64,000 bases of DNA from a candidate division WWE3 bacterium RAAC2_WWE3_1 (GTDB taxonomy: Bacteria; Patescibacteriota; WWE3; UBA101185; UBA10185). Below, one piece after another: positions 1-8,149 of the stretch (the first letter of the stretch is position 1; every line of letters begins with the position of its first letter). Position numbers and translations under genes: made by a program. The DNA lies in the NCBI GenBank assembly GCA_000503835.1, contig CP006914.1:379909-443908 (forward strand). Reading direction: 5' to 3'. The notes below the pieces were generated by a model. That model was not told where the DNA came from. It saw only the letters and a list, made by a program, of their open reading frames with translations, and searched no databases.

Positions 1-55
1 TACCTACACATAGCCAAAACTTCCCTTTTACCCAAAATAAATTATAGTTAAAAGT

Positions 56-2053
56 ATGAGCAAAGCTAAGCCGTACCTTCTCGCCGCATCACTTAGCCTG
101 ATACTGGTGTTTATTATCTTTCGCATATTTAACATAAACCCACTTTTGCCTCTCAATTACACCGGCGACGCCCTCGTCCATTACAACTTTGCAAAAAATA
201 TCGAAGCCACGGGATGGTGGGCGGTAAATCCGAGGTTCGGCGCACCGGTTGGACAAACACTCTACGATTTTCCACTTACCGAAAACACGCATCTTTTACT
301 CATAAAGCTTCTGATAATGTTGGGGCTTAACTGGTACGAAAGTGTGAATGTGTTTTTCATCCTATCTTTTCCTCTGGTCACCGTAGTTTCATTATTTGTA
401 ATGAAACAGTTCGGGTTAAAAACATATACCGCACTCCCGTTATCCATCGTGTATGCATTTTTACCGTACCACTTTCTACGGGGAGTAAATCACCTTTTTC
501 TCGCGGGTTACTTTGTTGTGCCGTTATCCATTTATTCGGCTTACCGTCTCGCGTCCAGCAATCCTATAAAACTAGCAGGAACTATCCTGCTCACACTGCT
601 AATTGCATCAAATGGCGCCTACTATACATTTCTTTCTCTCTTTTTTATAGTTTTGGGCGGTCTGTTCGGTTTATCAAAAGCGTGGAACAAAAAACTTCTG
701 TTTAACTTGATTGGATTCCTGGCAATAACCTCTTTTTTCTTTTTTATAAACTATCTTCCGACTCTATTGTACACACAAAAATACGGAATAAATTTGAACA
801 CTACTGTCAGACAGGCAAGCGATACCGAGGTGTTCGGGTTAAAGATTGCTCAGCTTGTCCTTCCCTTTGAAGATCACAACTTGAGCATTTTTAACAAGAT
901 ACAAAAACGTTATATGAACTACGGTTCGTCGGTAACAAATGAAAATCAGGATGCGGCCTTGGGTGTAACTGCCACGCTCGGTTTTATTTTTCTGATATTT
1001 TGGACCATTTTCAAACACCGACCGTTCAAATTAGAAGAAAATTCGGAGATGAAGCTGGACATACTGGGAGTTTTTAATCTAGCTTCTCTATTGTTCGCGA
1101 CGGTAGGCGGATTTGCCGTAATTTTGTCTACTTATATAAATCCGACTTTCAGATCTATGAATAGAATGAGCGTTTTTATTGCCTTTGTTTCACTTGTCGC
1201 CGTAGGTCTACTGATGCAACTCATTAAGTCACAAAAACTTGCGGTGTGGGCCTCTCTGCTAATTTTTCCGCTCGCACTTTTTGACCAGATTTCTCTTGGC
1301 GTAATGCAAAATTTTATCCGTGAACCTGCTGAATACCGCATGTTAGTAAAATACGCGGGTGAGATAAAAAGTAGGGTAGGGCAGAACGCAAAAATATACA
1401 CACTGCCGCTCGGACAATATCCTGAGGGCGGGGATAAAAAATTAATGCGCGTCGCCCTCCTCACCAACGGAATAGTATGGAGCACGGGAGCGGAAAAAAT
1501 GCGAGCGGGAAATTTTTGGCAGGAGCGTGTCGACCGACTTGAAATGAAACCTTTTCTGCGAAAAATTATCAGTGAAGGGTTTACCGGTTTACTGGTCAAC
1601 GTAAAGGAAATGAATCCAACAAAACTTGCGGAAATAGAAAAGGAACTTACCATAAAACCATTGCAGGACCAAAAAGGAGAGTATAGCTTTTACAATCTGA
1701 GAGCCTACGCCGTCTCTAATAAAATATCTTATGCACCTACAACTGTCTTTTATTATGTAGCCGGAAATTGTCTTTATGACACGGTGTCACTTTTTTATTG
1801 TGTGGACAAAGGAAGAGTTGAGTTTGAAAACATATCCGGCAATGAACAGGTCAGGATATTGAATCTGACATTAGAATTTCCTAAAGAAGAGGTAAAAAAG
1901 ATTAGCGAAAAAATAACGGTTCCGGCCGGCAAATCGCACTACTCTATAACCAAGGGCGCCGGAGATAGTGTTTTTCCGATTCCGACCGGTGTTGTATGGC
2001 CGATAAATATCGGCTACCCTAATTTTGTTATCCGGGAAATTGAATTGAAGTAA
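56..2053 (+). CDS. Polytopic integral membrane protein, possibly a glycosyltransferase-like (YfhO/PMT/ArnT-type topology); function not assignable
   Basis: 665-aa ORF with many hydrophobic helices in the N-terminal 400 aa and a soluble C-terminal domain; no catalytic motif recognised. Confidence 0.5.
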   Translation: MSKAKPYLLAASLSLILVFIIFRIFNINPLLPLNYTGDALVHYNFAKNIEATGWWAVNPRFGAPVGQTLYDFPLTENTHLLLIKLLIMLGLNWYESVNVFFILSFPLVTVVSLFVMKQFGLKTYTALPLSIVYAFLPYHFLRGVNHLFLAGYFVVPLSIYSAYRLASSNPIKLAGTILLTLLIASNGAYYTFLSLFFIVLGGLFGLSKAWNKKLLFNLIGFLAITSFFFFINYLPTLLYTQKYGINLNTTVRQASDTEVFGLKIAQLVLPFEDHNLSIFNKIQKRYMNYGSSVTNENQDAALGVTATLGFIFLIFWTIFKHRPFKLEENSEMKLDILGVFNLASLLFATVGGFAVILSTYINPTFRSMNRMSVFIAFVSLVAVGLLMQLIKSQKLAVWASLLIFPLALFDQISLGVMQNFIREPAEYRMLVKYAGEIKSRVGQNAKIYTLPLGQYPEGGDKKLMRVALLTNGIVWSTGAEKMRAGNFWQERVDRLEMKPFLRKIISEGFTGLLVNVKEMNPTKLAEIEKELTIKPLQDQKGEYSFYNLRAYAVSNKISYAPTTVFYYVAGNCLYDTVSLFYCVDKGRVEFENISGNEQVRILNLTLEFPKEEVKKISEKITVPAGKSHYSITKGAGDSVFPIPTGVVWPINIGYPNFVIREIELK

Positions 2054-2061
2054 TTTAGTCT

Positions 2062-2805
2062 TTAATTCTTCCTGGCAACTACATTTAGGGTAACACCGAA
2101 CGGTATGTGTGTTTTGAGCAGAATGCGGGTTTCAATCTTCAGCAGGGCGACAAAAAAATCGTTCAATTTTTTGGGTAACAACACATATGAAGTCTTGGGA
2201 TACGCAGACTTACCAAAAATATTTCCCCACATTCTGTACAGAATAATTAACGGGGAAATCACAGTAACAAAGTAGGAGTTAGAAACTATCTCAAAACCTG
2301 CGTCACTTAACTTTTTCGTTAACTCCACACGGTGGTAGCGGCGTTTATGTTCAAGCGCCTCATCATGCTCACTCCACAAGAATTTATGCGCCGGTACGTT
2401 TACAAAAAAGAGACCATCATCCGTTAGCATCTTGCGGATTTTTTGCATAACCAGTACGTCGTCCTGCACGTGTTCCAAAACATCCAGTGCAAGTATTAAA
2501 TTAAATTTTCGGGCGTACTGTTTTTCTTCAAGTTTAGAAACATCCTGAACGAAAACATTACCCAAGCCTTTGCTTTTGCAAAACGCGATTGCGTCCGATG
2601 ACACATCAAAACCTGTAACAGCCCCGAATTCTGTTAAGGCCCGCGCAAGCGCACCGGTGCCGCACCCGACATCAAGAATACTGAGATTTCTCTTGTCACC
2701 GAAATGCCGTTCGACCAGTGCCTTAACAAGGTGCCTTTTACCTATATGCCACCAGTACTCGTTTTCCATATCCGCCATTTTCTCGATCTCTGTAGAAGTC
2801 ACCAT
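2062..2805 (-). CDS. Class I SAM-dependent methyltransferase
   Basis: Motif I LDVGCGTGALARAL and downstream acidic-loop motif (LALDVLEH) typical of Rossmann-fold methyltransferases; convergent with upstream gene. Confidence 0.8.
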   Translation of the reverse strand: MVTSTEIEKMADMENEYWWHIGKRHLVKALVERHFGDKRNLSILDVGCGTGALARALTEFGAVTGFDVSSDAIAFCKSKGLGNVFVQDVSKLEEKQYARKFNLILALDVLEHVQDDVLVMQKIRKMLTDDGLFFVNVPAHKFLWSEHDEALEHKRRYHRVELTKKLSDAGFEIVSNSYFVTVISPLIILYRMWGNIFGKSAYPKTSYVLLPKKLNDFFVALLKIETRILLKTHIPFGVTLNVVARKN

Positions 2806-2892
2806 TCCATTTTCTCACATAAAAAATATATTTAAAGACGGTTCTGCGGCCATTGAGACCTCGATCTTACAATAACTGATACAATGTAGGCT

Positions 2893-3588
2893 ATGGAACT
2901 CAGAATAAACAAATACATGGCACTCTGCGGATTGGCATCACGCAGAAAAAGCGACGAGATACTTCTGAGCGGAGGGGTGCGGATAAACGGTCGTCCTGCA
3001 AAACCCGGGGATATCGTCAACACCGAAAAAGACACCGTTACTTACAAAGACATGCAATTGACCCCCGACAATAAGCTCGAATATTACGCTGTAAACAAGC
3101 CACTCGGTGTCATATCCTCAGCTAAAGATGAGTTCGGCAGGAAAAATGTCGTGGATATGGTCAAAACTGACCACAGACTTTTCCCTATAGGAAGATTGGA
3201 CCGAAATAGCACCGGACTTATCATACTAACTAACGACGGAGATCTTGCCCTTAAACTTACGCACCCCAGATATCATCTGCCAAAGGTTTACGAAGTTACA
3301 ACCGAAGAACCGGTTTCCGACGAACAGCTGGAAAAACTATCATCGGGAGTTTCCGTTTACCACGAAAAAACAATGCCTGCTGAAACCGAGCGTCTGGATT
3401 ATAACTTTTTCAAAATCACAATTTTTCAGGGTTTGAAGAGACAGATAAGGGAGATGTGTAAAAGTATAGGTCTTACAGTGCAGACACTTAACAGAACCGA
3501 AATCGGCCCGATAAAACTGGGAAATCTAAAAACCGGTTCATCCAGACCACTTTCCAAAGAGGAAGTAACGATGTTGAAATCCGACTAA
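2893..3588 (+). CDS. Pseudouridine synthase, RsuA/RluB family (S4 domain + PseudoU_synth_2)
   Basis: N-terminal S4-like RLNKYMALCGLASRR, catalytic-loop region FPIGRLDRNSTGLIILTNDGDL with conserved Asp (RLD). Confidence 0.85.
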   Translation: MELRINKYMALCGLASRRKSDEILLSGGVRINGRPAKPGDIVNTEKDTVTYKDMQLTPDNKLEYYAVNKPLGVISSAKDEFGRKNVVDMVKTDHRLFPIGRLDRNSTGLIILTNDGDLALKLTHPRYHLPKVYEVTTEEPVSDEQLEKLSSGVSVYHEKTMPAETERLDYNFFKITIFQGLKRQIREMCKSIGLTVQTLNRTEIGPIKLGNLKTGSSRPLSKEEVTMLKSD

Positions 3589-3642
3589 ACGTTCGGGAGT
3601 TGTTCATTAGCCAAACCGTCTTTCATTTTATATACTCATCAA

Positions 3643-4659
3643 GTGAAAAAGATATTTTTTATAACTATGGGGGCACTTTTGCTTGTTCTGGCTCCCATTT
3701 ATCTTTATATCAGGGTTTTTTCAAAAGAGAGCACGACACCCGCACAGCAACCTGAACAAAATGCAACTAAAGACAAAGAGTACATTTTTGAGGAACTTGG
3801 AATTTCTTTGGTCGTTCCGGAAGATCTGCACGTCATAAAATCTCCCGGTTTTAACGCAAGCACCGGAAAATTAGAATCTTACACTTTTTACATTCAAAAT
3901 TACGGAGACGAGAGCGGACCTGCGACAGGAGACTTTCAAATATACGGGCTATATCAACCTTCTCTGCCGGAAATTACTCCGGAAGATATTGCCGCAATAA
4001 AAGATGATGCCGAGAACTACGTCAATGTTAAGGAATTTTCGACAGGTGCGATACAGGGATACGAGGCCCGACAAAAAGGCGAACGTGCCAACTACGTTTA
4101 TTTCTTTCTTCTCAACGAGCGTATTTTGAAAATTGCCGTTTCTCAAGGAACCGAGATAAATAAGGCGGCGGCGGAAAAAATTTTAAAAACGCTCAAAGTC
4201 ATTGAAAAAATACAGACAATAGATGATACCGAAGCAACCGCGCCGGGGATGAGAAAGGAATATAATTTTTCCTACCCAAAAGGGTGGAAAGTGGCAAAAG
4301 TTAACAACGCCACCAGCGTAACCAGCCCCGATTATAAAATGTCAGGGGACGATACTGTTCTGGAGACAGGTATAGAACTGGCAGTTTATAAAAAGAGGGC
4401 CGATAGCGCTACCATCAACGAGGAATTGGCACTAAACCCGGTTACATTACAGATACCGAACAAAACTGACGCTGTTGTTGCGGGACAAAACGCAATAAGA
4501 TACGAGTACAGTTACGAAGGTGTAAATGCCATAATGACCGAATTTATTAAAGACGGCATGAGATATTCATTGAGATACAGGTTTACCGCTGAAGACAGCA
4601 AAAATATTTACATGGGTATTTACGAGGAAATGTTAAGGACTTTCGAATTTGTAAATTAG
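3643..4659 (+). CDS. Hypothetical membrane-anchored/secreted protein
   Basis: N-terminal TM/signal anchor (FFITMGALLLVLAPIYLYI), no recognisable motif. Confidence 0.5.
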   Translation: MKKIFFITMGALLLVLAPIYLYIRVFSKESTTPAQQPEQNATKDKEYIFEELGISLVVPEDLHVIKSPGFNASTGKLESYTFYIQNYGDESGPATGDFQIYGLYQPSLPEITPEDIAAIKDDAENYVNVKEFSTGAIQGYEARQKGERANYVYFFLLNERILKIAVSQGTEINKAAAEKILKTLKVIEKIQTIDDTEATAPGMRKEYNFSYPKGWKVAKVNNATSVTSPDYKMSGDDTVLETGIELAVYKKRADSATINEELALNPVTLQIPNKTDAVVAGQNAIRYEYSYEGVNAIMTEFIKDGMRYSLRYRFTAEDSKNIYMGIYEEMLRTFEFVN

Positions 4660-4763
4660 CATCGAGGAAAGCATTTTTAAGCCCTTCGGCATAGATTACT
4701 TTTTCGCAAAAATTAAAGATCCGATTCGGATAGAAATTCTGCAAAAATGATAAACTATATACC

Positions 4764-5945
4764 GTGACGATAACACAGACAGCAAGAACAGCTTTCCTGT
4801 CACTTCAAAAAAATAAACTCAGGAGCTTTCTGACCATGCTCGGTGTGATAATAGGCGTTTTTGCCGTAGCATCGCTGGTTTCGATAGTGAGAGGCTTCCA
4901 GAATTATGTAAAAAGCGAGTTTGATGCGTTAGGTTCCAATCTTATTTTCATAATGCCCGGAAAAATAGACTTTACCGGAGATCCTTCAAGGAATTTTACC
5001 GGGAACAAGCTCAAATACAACCATGTAGAAAGAATTCAGACGGATCTCGGAAACAAAATCAGCTCCATTTCGCCGTGGTACGAGCTCTCAAAAAATTTTA
5101 TTTATAAAACTAAATCATTTTACGGAGCGATTGGAGGAATAAACGATAGTGTTCTCAAGTTGTTTAACCTTAATGTGGCAAACGGGCGTTTTTTCACAAA
5201 AGCTGAGATGGACGCCAAAGCGAAAGTAGCGGTAATAGGATCAAAAGTTCTGGAGGAATTGTTCAATTCACGCAACCCCATCGGAGAAAAAATACAAATC
5301 GACGGAACATCGTATTTGATTTTAGGTGTGCTGGAAGAAAAGAGTCCTAATTACGATAATATTGTTTACATCCCATACACCACGGTTGAGTCCGAATTCA
5401 ACATTAAAAATATCGGCTCCATAGTTATAAAAGTCGGTAGCGGGGAGGATATAAACAGTGTAAAGAATGAGATCAGGCTCTCACTCTTGAAAGAACTAAA
5501 AGACGAAGAATTCTCGGTCTCAACACAGGAGGATCTTTTACAGAGAATAAACGATATTTTAAAGATAATAGAGAGCGGACTGACGGCAATTGCTGCTATC
5601 TCACTGCTTGTGGGCGGTATAGGGATTATGAACATCATGCTCGTCTCCGTTACCGAGAGAACCCGCGAAATAGGCCTTATCAAAGCATTGGGGGCGACCG
5701 GCAGGGACATAGCCCTCCAATTCCTATCCGAATCCGTATTTATAAGTTTCACCGGCGGATTAATAGGATTAGCGGCCGCGTGGATTGCCACACTTGTTGC
5801 AAAAACGTGGATACCTGCGGAGATACCTTTATGGGCAGTTGTGGTATCTTTGGGTTTTTCACTTCTTGTCGGAATCGGCTTCGGAACTTATCCTGCAATT
5901 AAGGCCGGAAAAAAGGACCCGATAGTTGCCCTTAGATATGAATAA
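4764..5945 (+). CDS. ABC transporter permease, MacB/FtsX family (MacB_PCD + FtsX domains)
   Basis: N-terminal TM, large periplasmic domain, three C-terminal TM helices with FtsX-type region (TERTREIGLIKALGATGRDI); no cognate ATPase gene adjacent. Confidence 0.8.
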   Translation: MTITQTARTAFLSLQKNKLRSFLTMLGVIIGVFAVASLVSIVRGFQNYVKSEFDALGSNLIFIMPGKIDFTGDPSRNFTGNKLKYNHVERIQTDLGNKISSISPWYELSKNFIYKTKSFYGAIGGINDSVLKLFNLNVANGRFFTKAEMDAKAKVAVIGSKVLEELFNSRNPIGEKIQIDGTSYLILGVLEEKSPNYDNIVYIPYTTVESEFNIKNIGSIVIKVGSGEDINSVKNEIRLSLLKELKDEEFSVSTQEDLLQRINDILKIIESGLTAIAAISLLVGGIGIMNIMLVSVTERTREIGLIKALGATGRDIALQFLSESVFISFTGGLIGLAAAWIATLVAKTWIPAEIPLWAVVVSLGFSLLVGIGFGTYPAIKAGKKDPIVALRYE

Positions 5946-7227
5946 AAATCTACAAAGCAAAATAATTGAAACTTTAGGCAACGGTCAGGTGGCTTTTTTC
6001 AAATCCGACACGATTTACGGATTACACGCAAAAGCGGACAACCAAAAAGCCGTAGAAAAGATCAATCAGCTAAAAGGGCGGGACATTAATAAACCCTTTA
6101 TTATACTAATCGGGAACATCGGGCAATTGGAAATATTCGGTGTTTCAATAAATAAAAATACCCGAAAATTAATTAAAAAACATTGGCCGGGGAAATTAAC
6201 ACTCGTGCTCAAAGCAAATTTAACCGAAACACTGAAATACTTAGGCCGGGGAGGCGAGACTCTCGCGTTCAGAATGCCTAAGGACAAAGATATTCAGAAC
6301 ATCATAAAGAGCACAGGACCGATAATAAGCACCTCCGCGAACCCTTCGGGAGAAGAACCCGCATCCACGGTAGAGGAAGCAAAAAAATATTTTGGGGACG
6401 GGGTAGATTTATACATTGATTCGGGAAATGTTGAAACCGGGCCTTCTACAGTAATAGATGCTACCGGAGAAGACATTAGGATTTTACGGGAAGGAGAAGT
6501 AAAGCTGTCGCCTATGCCCGCGAACAGCTATAATTCGGCTATGGGCAATAAGATTAATTACGCGGTTGCCACACTAATATTTTTAGCTATAGCTACCGGC
6601 GTTTGGCTTAACATTAAGGAACAAAAAAGCATCGACCATTCGAAATTGCCGGAAAAGGTCGAGCAAAGCAACGGGTTCCAAAGGTGGATCACAAATCTCA
6701 AGAACAAAGATATGGTAATAGAAGCTGACGAATTTACACTCAAAGAAGAGAATGAAATTTACAACACAAAATGGATGAAAGTTTACTCGATAGAAGAAGA
6801 GGGAATGAGAGAAAAATATAATGGGACAATTGAAAGTTTGCGCGGTGTAAAAAAAGTTGTTTTTTCCCCCAGCGAAAGAGAATTAATTGACTACCGCCCG
6901 GAATACAGAGACGGTTACGCACCGAACGAAGTTCATTTTTACGGATTGAAAGAGGATAAGATTATCGATGCGAGAATTTTGGACTGTTCCGCACATGCGA
7001 ATTGTTATTTCGACCGGGCATATTTTTTGGATAATGATGTTTTTGTTATTTCGGAATTTTCAAGAACGATTGATAAGAAGGATGAGGTCTCTGCTGTGTG
7101 CTCGGTGGAGGAAACGTGCGAGTATTCCGTAAAGGTTCACGTTATAGATTTAATAAACAATAAACGCCTGGTTTACGAATCCCGTCCTTTTCAGGCTGTT
7201 ATGACAGAATTGTTGCCGGAGTTGTGA
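5926..7227 (+). CDS. tsaC: L-threonylcarbamoyladenylate synthase (YrdC/TsaC domain) fused to a C-terminal TM helix + ~200-aa domain of unknown function
   Basis: N-terminal ~200 aa matches the YrdC fold (KSDTIYGL, KGR..NKPFIILI, PGKLTLVL, GPIISTSANPSG); TM helix INYAVATLIFLAIATGVWL follows, then an unknown Cys-containing domain; start overlaps upstream gene by 20 nt. Confidence 0.7.
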   Translation: MPLDMNKNLQSKIIETLGNGQVAFFKSDTIYGLHAKADNQKAVEKINQLKGRDINKPFIILIGNIGQLEIFGVSINKNTRKLIKKHWPGKLTLVLKANLTETLKYLGRGGETLAFRMPKDKDIQNIIKSTGPIISTSANPSGEEPASTVEEAKKYFGDGVDLYIDSGNVETGPSTVIDATGEDIRILREGEVKLSPMPANSYNSAMGNKINYAVATLIFLAIATGVWLNIKEQKSIDHSKLPEKVEQSNGFQRWITNLKNKDMVIEADEFTLKEENEIYNTKWMKVYSIEEEGMREKYNGTIESLRGVKKVVFSPSERELIDYRPEYRDGYAPNEVHFYGLKEDKIIDARILDCSAHANCYFDRAYFLDNDVFVISEFSRTIDKKDEVSAVCSVEETCEYSVKVHVIDLINNKRLVYESRPFQAVMTELLPEL

Positions 7228-7295
7228 GAGGGTAGGGGATAGGGTAAGATTCTCGCGGATATGTGCTTTTTCACGCCCTTGTCGCTTTCGTTCCT

Positions 7296-7372
7296 CGGGG
7301 TGTAGCTCAGTTGGCTAGAGTGCACGGTTTGGGACCGTGAGGCCGCAGGTTCGAGTCCTGTCACCCCGACCA
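7296..7372 (+). tRNA. tRNA-Pro (anticodon UGG), CCA encoded
   Basis: Hand-folded cloverleaf: acceptor CGGGGTG/CACCCCG, anticodon stem CACGG/CCGTG, loop TTTGGGA, T-loop TTCGAGT, 3' ACCA. Confidence 0.85.
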
Positions 7373-7502
7373 TTTTAAAAACCAATGACGCAAGTCATCG
7401 CTTAGAGACGTGGTTACACCAACTTCAACTAGCTCTTCCAATTCGAGTGGTACAAAAGAGGTATTAACAAATTCCTGATTATTAAATTCATATGGAGGTT
7501 AA

Positions 7503-7874
7503 ATGAAACCACAGAAAATATCCAACGGATTTTTAAGATTCCTGGTAGTGGTATTATCCCTAGTACTTTATTTCTTAAAGGTATCTCTTTCTGGTGCTTA
7601 CGCAGAAGAAATAGGGGCATTGCTCTTTGGGATATTGCTGTGTGGAGTAATTATATACTACCCAATAAGTTACAGATCAAAAGAAACTCCAAAAGAGACG
7701 CGGGTAAATAGACAGCTTAAAACCATGGTTTATGCTTCAGTGATATCCGTTGTCGACTTGTTTGTAGAAGGGAGCTACATAATACTCGGAATCATCGGGG
7801 TGATCTTACTCTACGTCAACATCCAGAAACAGAAACGGGAATTCGTAAATACAAATCCGATAAATAACAATTAG
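7503..7874 (+). CDS. Small 3-4 TM membrane protein (hypothetical; possible immunity/export partner of the adjacent RiPP-like pair)
   Basis: 123-aa ORF with GGAGG 5 nt upstream of ATG; hydrophobic helices FLRFLVVVLSLVLYFL, IGALLFGILLCGVIIYY, YIILGIIGVILLYV; convergent with peptide gene. Confidence 0.5.
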   Translation: MKPQKISNGFLRFLVVVLSLVLYFLKVSLSGAYAEEIGALLFGILLCGVIIYYPISYRSKETPKETRVNRQLKTMVYASVISVVDLFVEGSYIILGIIGVILLYVNIQKQKREFVNTNPINNN

Positions 7875-7951
7875 GTACATTAAAAAGAAAAGACCTGCCT
7901 ACAAGGATTGTGTCCCCATAAACAAGTCTTTCGTTGGTGTGCCCAGCTCGA

Positions 7952-8149
7952 CTAATTCTTACAGTCGGAACACTGGCACTGGCACTCGCAGTCACAGTCG
8001 TAGCAATCGCCGCCGCATTCGCAATCACAGTCTTTTTCGCACTGTTGGCTGCATTGCGTTGCGCAGTCATAATCGCATTCGCAATCCTTGCATTCGGCCT
8101 GGCTTCGGGAGCCCGCAACATGGATACCGAGAGCGCTCAGGGTAGTCAT
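7952..8149 (-). CDS. Cys-rich precursor-like peptide (65 aa; 19-aa leader + 46-aa core with 16 Cys and many Asp/Glu), putative RiPP precursor
   Basis: Sequence MTTLSALGIHVAGSRSQAE-CKDCECDYDCATQCSQQCEKDCDCECGGDCYDCDCECQCQCSDCKN; its start codon overlaps the stop of the upstream rSAM/SPASM gene (ATGA), so the two are translationally coupled. Confidence 0.6.
   Translation of the reverse strand: MTTLSALGIHVAGSRSQAECKDCECDYDCATQCSQQCEKDCDCECGGDCYDCDCECQCQCSDCKN

Noticed and set aside
1132-1653. 173-aa antisense ORF inside the 665-aa membrane protein gene
   Set aside because: Fully embedded antisense, no RBS, low-complexity translation.
5366-5791. 141-aa antisense ORF inside the MacB/FtsX permease gene
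   Set aside because: Embedded antisense ORF; the sense frame has clear domain motifs.
7191-7385. 64-aa minus-strand ORF
   Set aside because: Lies entirely over tRNA-Pro; translation artefact of the tRNA sequence.
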